A DNA stretch of 64,000 bases from the human T2T-CHM13v2.0 reference genome, Homo sapiens: NCBI RefSeq assembly GCF_009914755.1, contig NC_060928.1; one strand, given 5' to 3'. This document shows, piece by piece, positions 54,850 to 64,000 of this stretch. The position numbers and the translations under genes were made by a program. How positions within the stretch are numbered: the first letter of the stretch is position 1; every line of letters starts with the position of its first letter. The notes under the pieces were generated by a model. It saw only the letters and a program-made list of their open reading frames with translations, did not search any database and was not told where the DNA came from.

Positions 54850-57223
54850 GTTTCTTTTATTTTAGTTTTAATATAAGTTCAAGGGTATATGTGCAGGTTT
54901 TTGCTATATAGTTAACCTTGTGTACAGATTATTTCATAACTCAGGTATTAAGTCTAGTACCCATTAATTATTTTTCCTTATACTCTCCCTCCTCTCACCC
55001 TCCACCCTCAAGCAGGTCCCGGTGTCTCTAGTTCCCCTCTCATCACTTAGCTCCCATTTTTAAGTGAGAACATGTGGTAGTTGTTTTTCTGTTCCTGTGT
55101 TAGTTTGCAAAGAATAATGATCTCCAGATCCATTCATGTTCCTACAAAGGACAGGGTCTCATTCCTTATTATGGCTACATAGTATTCTGTGATGTATATG
55201 TATCACATTTTCTTTATCTAGTCTACCACTGATGGGCACTTAGGTTGGTTCCATGTTTTTGCTATTGTGAATAGTGCTGCAATAAATATACATGTGCATG
55301 TCTCTTTATGATAGAATAATTTTTATTCCTTTGGGTGTATACCTAGTAATGAGATTACTGGGTTAAATGGTAATTCTGTTTTTAGGTCTTTGAGGAATTG
55401 CCACACTGTCTTCCACAATGGCTGAACTAATTTACACTCCCCCCAACAGTGTATAAGTGTTGTTTTTCACTGCAATCTCACCAGCATATGTTTATTTTTT
55501 GACTTTTTAGTAATAGCCATTCTGACTGGTGTGAAATGGGATCTCATTGTGGTTTTGATTTGCATTTATCTAATAATCAGTAATGCTGAGCTTGCTTTCA
55601 TATAGCTGTTGGCCACATGCATGTCTTCTTTTGAAAAGTGTCTGTACATGTCCTTTGCTCACTTTTTAATAGTGTTGTATTTTTTTGCTTGTAAATTTAA
55701 GTTTCTTATCGATTCTGTATATTAGACCTTTGTCAGATGCATAGTTTACAAATATTTTTCTCCTATTCTGTAGGTTGTCTGTTAACTCTGTTGATAGTTT
55801 CTTTTGCTGTGCAGAAGCTCTTTAATTAGATCCCATTTGCCAACTTTTCATTTAATTGAAATTGTTTTTGGCATCTTCATCGTGAAATCTTTGCTTATTC
55901 CTATGTTCAGAATGATATTGCCTAGGTTGTCTCCCAGGGTTTTTGTAGTTTTGGGTTTTGCGGTTAAGTAATTAGTCTATCTTGAGTTGAATTTTGTATG
56001 TGGTATAAGGAAGAAGTCTACTTTCAATCTTCTGCATATGTGTATGGCTAGCCAGTTGTCCCAGAACCATTTATTGAATAGGGAGTCCTTTTTCTATTGC
56101 TTGTTTTTGTCAAAGATCAGATGGTTGTAGGTATGTGGCTTTATTTCTGTGCTCTCTACTTGTTCGATTGGTTTATGTGTCAGTTTTAGTACAAGTACCA
56201 TGCTGTTTTGGTTACTGTATCCCTATAGCATAGTTTGAAGTCAGGTAACATGATGACTCCAGCTTTGTTCTTCTTGCTTAGGAATGCCTTGGCTATCCAG
56301 GTTCCTTTATGGTTCCATATAAATTTTACCATATTTTTTCTAGTTCTGTGAAAATCGTCATTGGTAGTTTGATAGAAATAGCATTGAATTTCTAAATTGC
56401 TTTGGGCAGTATGGCCATTTTAGCAGTATCGATTCTTTCTATCCTTGAGCATGGAATGTTTTTCCATTTGTTTGTGTCATCTCTGATTTACTTGAGTGCT
56501 GTTTTGTTAATTCTTGTTGTAGAGAACTTTCACCTTCCTGGTTAGCTGTATTCTTAGGTATTTTCTTCTTTTTGTGGTAGTTGTGAATGAGATTGTGTTC
56601 CTGATTTTGCTCGCAGCTTGACTGTTGTTGGTGTATAGGAATGCTACTGATTTTTGTACACTGATTTTGTATCCTGAGACTTCACTGAAATTGTTTATCA
56701 TCTTAAGAAGCTTTTGGTCTAAGACAGGGAGGTTTCTAGATGAAGAATTATGTTGTCTGCAAGCAGAAATAGTTTGACTTTCTCACTTCCTATTTGGATG
56801 CTCTTTACCTCTTTCTCTTGCCCGACTGCTCTGGCCAGGACTTCCAATGGTATATTGAATAGGAGTGGTGAGAAAGGGCATCCTTGACTTGTGCTGGTTT
56901 TCAAGGGAAATGCTTCCAGCCTTTGCCTATACAGTATGATATTGTCTGTGGGTTCGTCATACATGGCTCTTATTATTTTGAGATATGTTCCTTCAATACC
57001 TAGTTTATTGAGAATTTTTAACATGAAGGTTTATTGGTTTTCATTGAAAGCCTTTTCTGCATCTATTGAGATGAGCATGTGGTTTTTGTCTTTAGTTCTG
57101 TTTATGTGATGTATCACCTTTGTTGATTTGTATATGTTGAGCCAACCTTGCATCTTAGGGATAAAGCATACTTGATTATGGTAAGCTTTCTGATATGCTG
57201 CTGGATTCAGTTTGCCATTATTG
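54850..57223 (-). mobile_element. 5'-truncated L1PA13-16 element (ORF2 3' half plus 3'UTR)
   Basis: Minus-strand ORFs ([33 protein letters not shown]); 3'UTR caggtattaagtctagtacccatt; TSD aaacacaggcatc 54837-54849 / aaacatgggcatc 57224-57236. Confidence 0.92.
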
Positions 57224-58780
57224 AAACATGGGCATCTTAGTACCAAACCACAAAATTATAGAAGTTGGTTTACCCTTTTCCAGGCAGAGTTGGATGAATG
57301 ATGAGTTGCCTCTGCATAATACATATAATGGAGAAAGAGTACACAATTTCTTCTGGAAATTTTCAGGTGCCAGTTTACTTGTTTTTCTCAGAGCTGGAAT
57401 GAGTGAAGGGACAGAAAAAGACTAGGAATACTGGTATATTCTTTACCCTCCCATTGAGGTCAAAGAATGTTTTCCTTCCCCCAAATTCACTATGATGTTA
57501 TCTCATTATACATACACATAGCTATATATAGTTAAAAGTTCTAAATGCATAGACAAGTTAGGGTATTTTCTAGAAGTTTATTAATTTTTCTTCTTTGATT
57601 AAGGATGCCAAGATAACAGTATTTTGGAAAATCACGTTTGCTTTCCGAAATTCCTAATCTGATTTTATTGTTCCACAAAATCATAATATTATAAATTAAA
57701 ACTTATTACTTATTGTTCTAGTACCAGTCATGTAATTTTAATAAATATGTACTCCATATATTTTTTAAATGGTAGCTTTGATGATTTATTTTTCACAGTT
57801 CTGCTAGTAACTATGGTTTTACTTTCCTCCCTTTTTCTCAGTTGATAAAATCACAGTCTCTAGGCCCAGATGCTGGTATGGCAATCTGGCAGAGCCATAA
57901 AATTGCATGAGGTATTTCCTAAAGCATCATCTCATAATATCTCATCTGTTTTTCATTTATTATCAAAACCAAAAATGCAGTTTTGATTGGTTAATTGATC
58001 ACAAATTGGAGTAAATAGTATTGTCCTAAAGTCAATAAACATAAATATTACATTGCTAATTTGATTATGTTTTATGTGCAAATTATGGCCATCAAGTACT
58101 TGAATTTCACAGTCTCAAGACTTATAGTCTAACAGCATTACAGCCCAGTAAACAGTGCACTTTAATTGTCATAATGAAGTATAATCATCAACAATGAGTG
58201 ACTCAATTTTGGGGATTCACAAAATGATTATATAGATTAATTGCCTACCAAAACAAGTAAAAATTACAGATACATTTATGTAGATTATAAATGGACACCG
58301 ACCTGAGCAGTCACAATTTGTTAACATTGACATGAACTTTCACATGAGAAGCAATTAGAGCAGCAGATGTAAAGAACTAACAGCTATGATTCTGATATCT
58401 CTGTCTTTTCAGTCACAATGAGTGACATGAAGACCAAAAACAGTTTGAGGTTTAATCATCAGAAATAATTTAGTCTTTAATTTGAATTGCCTGGTTTTGG
58501 CTCATTTATAGCATTTCTTGCTAATTGAATTTTTTAACAGAAACATGCATGAGAAGGTTGCTAGTAAGGGGATTGATAAGTATATATGCTACATAATATT
58601 GGTGTCCTGAAAAAGAGTGATATGCCAACAAAGCAATATTACGTAAAAGTAATTTCCTGGAGAATTCATGGAAAGATTCTTTGATGACATGGGTATTATA
58701 TGTAAACTCCTAAGACACAGGTTTGTCTTGAAGAAGTCAAACTCTGTTAATTATTATTATTATTACAGTTGTTCTTGTGA

Positions 58781-59085
<305 letters not shown>

Positions 59086-59458
59086 ATGACAAGAAAATAT
59101 TTTTATTAGCAAGGAAAAAAACGAAAATATGAGCTCAACTATTTTGAGAAAATATTTGCCTTTGATTGAAAATATATGTATCAATATTCCCATCTTATTA
59201 ATCTTTTATACATGATTTCCAACATATTAGTGATACCTGTTGGACAGCCTTCCAGATTAGCCTTAAATCTCCATCTTTAAAGTTTCTATCTACATAAACT
59301 TTGCTTCAAGACTTTTTTTTTCCTCAGGTGGATTGGTATAATAGTCTTCTAACTGATGACCTCACTGTTTCCAACACTCCATTTTTTTCTGCCTTTGAAA
59401 ATGACTTTATGAGAACACAATCTTTGGAGTAATCAGAGGTATCTTTGTTCTTGAAGGC

Positions 59459-59775
59459 TGTTATAGGTTGGATTTTCTGGAAAGCAGACTCTGAGACAGA
59501 GATTAATACATACAAAAAATAATTGGAAAATAATCTCAGGAATAATACCTTAGGGAAGGGGAAAAACAAGGATTGCTTGGATGGAGAAATTGGGCTGCAG
59601 TGCTATGGCAAAAAGACCTCAGCTCTGAAGCTGACATGGCACTCAGAGATGTCCGTAGTTGGGGCTGGTCCTTAATAACATGCATCGGCTAGTAATTGGA
59701 TTCAGGCCTTCTCTGAAAGAAAGCATAACCTTGGGAGTGATGGCATTTCAGCCCACCTCAGTCAATCCCTAGCCT
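59459..59775 (-). mobile_element. LTR16-like ERVL LTR (3' LTR of the adjacent internal remnant)
   Basis: tgttataggttggattttctggaaagcagactctgagacagagatt...gagaaattgggctgcagtg...gctctgaagctg. Confidence 0.7.
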
Positions 59776-62095
59776 TGAGGCTGCAACCGATAAAGTGTAT
59801 TTCCTTCTTCTACTCCCCATTCTGCATCCCTTTTCAATCTCAGCAACTCTGCTGATCTGGGTGGCCTGCCTGTTGCGATAACCAAGAACTTCATCTCTGA
59901 GCTGTCTGTACTACTGATCGCTGTGCTGTTCTAGGCTGTGGCAAATGAACTTGTGAAACTATATCAAAATTGGGCCATGCTATCCCAAGAGATGCTGAAG
60001 TTATTATTCCTCTCTAACCATATTCTTTAACAGCAGCCTTAATTCTGCCTAATAATCAGCATTAATTATCCATGCAAAAATGAAAACTTCTTCTTGCCTG
60101 CCGGTACCTTGGTACGGTCGAGTCCAAAGAGCCCAGATGGCTGCCATAGCTTACCATTCAATAGGTTTCTTGCTATTAAACCAAGTGAAAGACTTCTTCC
60201 TTTGAGAGCAAGGCTACCTTCCATACAACCTTGCTCACACTATGTTAATTGTGCTCACCTGGATTTTGACAATAATGTACCACCTCCTAGTCTCTATTTC
60301 TGGAGGATCTTCTCATACACATTGCTATCAGGAAGGCTAGTTCTCTAATACAATTTCTTACCTTCAGCCCTGGCCTAAAGAAGAGAGTCACATATGAGAT
60401 TCTCAGTGATGCTGATGTCATTCTCAACAGCATATTCTTTATTGCTTTGGTAAAATTGTCCTCCAACTCCTCCAGGGAAAATATTTTTTTGGCCTATTTT
60501 CCAACATTACATAGCATATGCAATCTGGCATCCCACTTCTCTGAGTCTTTTGTTCCTTTTTTTAACTTTCTGCCACAGTAGTTCTGGCATCTTCAATTCA
60601 CTTATTTTAGCCCATAAAATTTTCCACGATTCTAGGAACCATGTAAATACTATGTTTTTTCATTTCCCAAGGTTCTTGCCAGGCCATTAAATTTTGAGTT
60701 CCAGAAAAGAAAAGGAAAAGTTCTCACACTGATAAACTCTCCCTTTCCCAAACTCATCTTCAACCCCCTTGCACTGCCTGTTTAATTCAGCGTCATCAGA
60801 AAATAACCCCAAATGTCTTGCACTCCTGGCTTCTGCTGATAGAGGTAAGCAATATATTGTGCTTTTTTCATGGTATAGTACGTTTCCTTCCTTTTTCTCT
60901 TAGTTTCAGCACTTCCCTGAGTGACTTAACCTTAGATATGTGTGTAAAGGATAGAGGCGAGATAGAAACAGTTTGTTGGGGCAGGGCCACCTTTTGTCCT
61001 GCATCATCTTCAACTAAGGGAATATACCCAGATCTTAGTAGATATGGGTAGGCTACTTCTGCAGTATTAGGAGAATCTGGAGAGGGTTCAAAATTTTTAA
61101 GTTTGTCAACTCAGGTGTTCCAATCACATGTCACAGGATCTCATTCTTTCATAATTAAGATTCTGACCTTTACATATCAGAGCTGCCCAAGAGCTTTAAC
61201 ATGCTTGTGACTAAATCTTGGGGCTCTGTTTTCTCAGCCTGCTAACTGTGGGAGATAAGTCCCTTTAGATGTGGCCGAGTAGATCCTCTGGCTTCCACAG
61301 TAAATTTTTAGTTAATTTATTAGCCTTTCATTGTATTTATCTAGAGCATAAAGTGCTCTGAGCTTAAAAAAATCCAATTCCATTTGATTTACAATTACTC
61401 TCTCACCATATTTGTATCTATCTTACACTGTACTTGCCAATACAATTTATTTCACCAGTATAATATCTCAGTTCTTGTTTGATGAATATTTTAACAACTG
61501 CATTGCTCTCTTATGTCTAAGGATGTGGTCATCATTGCTCATCAGCTGGAGAACGATCCCATTGTGAAAATCCATTATACCATCCTCTTTCAGGGTTTCT
61601 TGGTTGCTGGGGAAAGTTTCTCCACTAACTACCTTTATTCAGACTATATATTCCAGAATTCTGTTTAAGAAAACAGCTTCGGGAGGTAGAGATATAGTTA
61701 GTCTTCCTCTTGAGCTAAGGATGGGTGGTCAACTGTCCAATGTAATAAACATAATGTCTTCCTGTGGCAAAGCTTAGGCAAGCTAATCATCCATTATAAA
61801 TTTGGTATACCCCAAGTTTGAGATCTTTTCCTATGATTCACTTCACCGTGAGCACAATATATCACGGGGGCATTCATTGTATAGCCCTGTGGGAATTGAG
61901 CTCAGGAAGCAAACACAAAATGTTGATAACTGGCTACTGTTATTGCTCTGAGAAAGAAACTGCCCTTTGTGTCTGCCAACTCATCTTATGTCTTCTGACA
62001 ATGTCCATAAAACTTTGGCAGGCTAAATTGCTGGCTTGTCTGTGGGATAAAAATCACAGAACCTCCACAGTTCTAAACACTGGAAACAACTGTTA
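59776..62095 (-). mobile_element. ERVL (HERV16/ERV3-16A3-like) internal remnants: pol 3' end, gag, probable RT piece
   Basis: Hand translation of the minus strand: SSEMKFLVIATGRPPRSAELL and EWGVEEGNTLYRLQP (pol C-terminus), YQQKPG (gag), FPQGY and EDIM (RT-like). Confidence 0.6.
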
Positions 62096-62420
62096 AGATT
62101 CAGGCTCCTCAGACTGAACTTTAGTTCAGACTCTGAGATCGTCAGTGTTCTTTACTGTCTATAAATGACATTTTCAACAAATTATCACATCTGATTTCCA
62201 TGGAAAAGTACATATGAATTTTAAACTGTTTGCTCTATTTAAATTAAATAGAAAGTATTATTTTCTTTCCATTTGAGTATTATTACTTAGAGTGTAGTCT
62301 TTCACTCATTTGCTTTTGTCATATTTAAAACTCATAGAAACAGACATTTATAGGATACTCAAATTACAAGTCTGCTTTCATGTCTAGATTTTTGCCTGGC
62401 AACACTGTACACAACATCAA

Positions 62421-62532
62421 CCCTCCTTTCCTCCTTCCTTGCTTTCCTCCTTTTCCTCCCTCTCTCCCTCCCTTTCTCCCTCCCTCCCTTCCTTCTTTCC
62501 TTCCTTCCTTCTTTTTCCTTTCATTCTCTCTC
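62421..62532. repeat. (CCTT)n/(CCCT)n polypyrimidine tract
   Basis: Read directly. Confidence 0.9.
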
Positions 62533-64000
62533 CATAAAAATAAATCAACTTTTTAATACTTCTGTTAAAGCTATAATGATTTAATAAATATCAAAAGGAT
62601 TCTGTAATATTAATGGCACTTTAAAAATCTCTCCCTTAATAGTCAATTTTAAAGTTGATAATGAATGCATTTGTTAAAGATAAAATTATGGGTTTGTGAG
62701 AGTCAGATGAATACAATGGGAAAAATCTGTTTTGCAATTATGACAGAAGGCAAAAGCATTAAAGATTAAGAGAGACATCTTTGGAAAAAAAAAATCACTG
62801 TGCTTAATTTAACTTGTATTATTAGGAAATAATTATCATACATATTATGCTTTTATTCTCTATATTATAAATGTAGATCAGAGAAATTTTTCAGCATCAG
62901 ACACAAACATAATATTTTAATTCTAAAAACTTAGCAATATAGTTTTACAAAAAATAAAGTACATTGTATTCATCTATTTCATTAGAAATTGAATTTCTGA
63001 GCTCAAATACCTCAAGTTCCAAGAAGCACTGTGACAAAAACTATTGAATACATCAAATATCCAAGAAATTGTTATTAATGCTGACATTATTTATACAAAC
63101 TATGATTTCTTCACTCTTACGCTGAAGATTTAAATATACGTATCACCACTAATGCTAAATGAGTTGTAGTATTTGCCAGCTAGTGTCACAACTTCCACAT
63201 TAGTCAGTAAAAGTTTATACAATTAATTATAGTTTCATATTAGAATATTGACATGTGAATTTTTTAAACTTATACTTTATTACTCTTTAATTTAGCATGA
63301 GGCCAACATTTTTAAAAATGCTATAGTAGATTTAATCAGTTAATTTGTGTTGCATTGCTATTTCTTCTAACTAGCTAAGAATGTTTTACTGTTCTTTAGC
63401 TAAGTTTATATAGACTCTTGGACAACATTTCCAGGTTGCTGCTGGTCGAGCACCCTTTCACAGTTCAAGGTTAGTTAGTGTGTATCATTTTTTTCCAATA
63501 GGATTTTACTATAATTTCATATTTACTTGAAAATAATAAAATGCAGGAGTTGAGTCATGTTCTTAGCAACATCCATATCTTTTTACATAATGTAAATTTC
63601 CAAATAACTGTAATTTACCTTCTTTTTGATATAGGGATAATATTAACCATTTTAAAGAAAAATAGAGCTCAGTTATAACTGCATCATCCATCCACCACAC
63701 TAGACAGAAAAAAATTTCAAACTTAACAACAAAACATAACACAATTTTGTTGGGAATATATTCAGATTATGCATTAAAGCCAACATTGAAGATCAAGACA
63801 TTTTATTTTCCCCTTTCTGCAGTTTACTAACTTATTTTAAGATAATTTTACTAACAGTACTTCACTATTCTTAGGGCATATCATGAGAAATAAGCAGAAT
63901 ATAAGGTGCTAGGTTCAATAATATTTCACCTCAGTGGAGGAAATGATGATTTTCAACTGTGATAGAGGCAAGCAGCTGGTCCTAGCCCTAAGAACAGCAG

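Noticed and set aside
57842-57911. Strong polypyrimidine acceptor (tttcctccctttttctcag) with weak donors
   Set aside because: Weak donor sites and no supporting ORF or neighbouring exons; needs RNA-seq

Overview
This is primate, very probably human, AT-rich and CpG-depleted genomic DNA (an AluYa5 is present), either intergenic or deep intronic. I see no host protein-coding exon, RNA gene or CpG island. Every long ORF in the track is decayed L1 ORF1/ORF2, an Alu/LTR reading frame, or chance. The window is a transposon mosaic: nine dimeric Alus plus a monomer, L1PA3, a 5'-truncated L1PA7, older L1s, solo LTRs (MER11C, LTR1-type, several MLT1), an LTR16/ERVL remnant, MADE1, Arthur1, MER5, MIR and L2. 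Subfamily names come from recalled consensus diagnostics, not from a search. I found no new biological system. The most noteworthy structures are three. (1) An L1PA3 carrying an ~90-bp 3' transduction inside a perfect 17-bp TSD. (2) An ~225-bp, ~80%-identical inverted duplication of apparently unique DNA, whose left arm is bracketed by 12-bp direct repeats. (3) A circularly permuted 41-bp templated insertion copied from ~700 bp upstream into a TA microsatellite.
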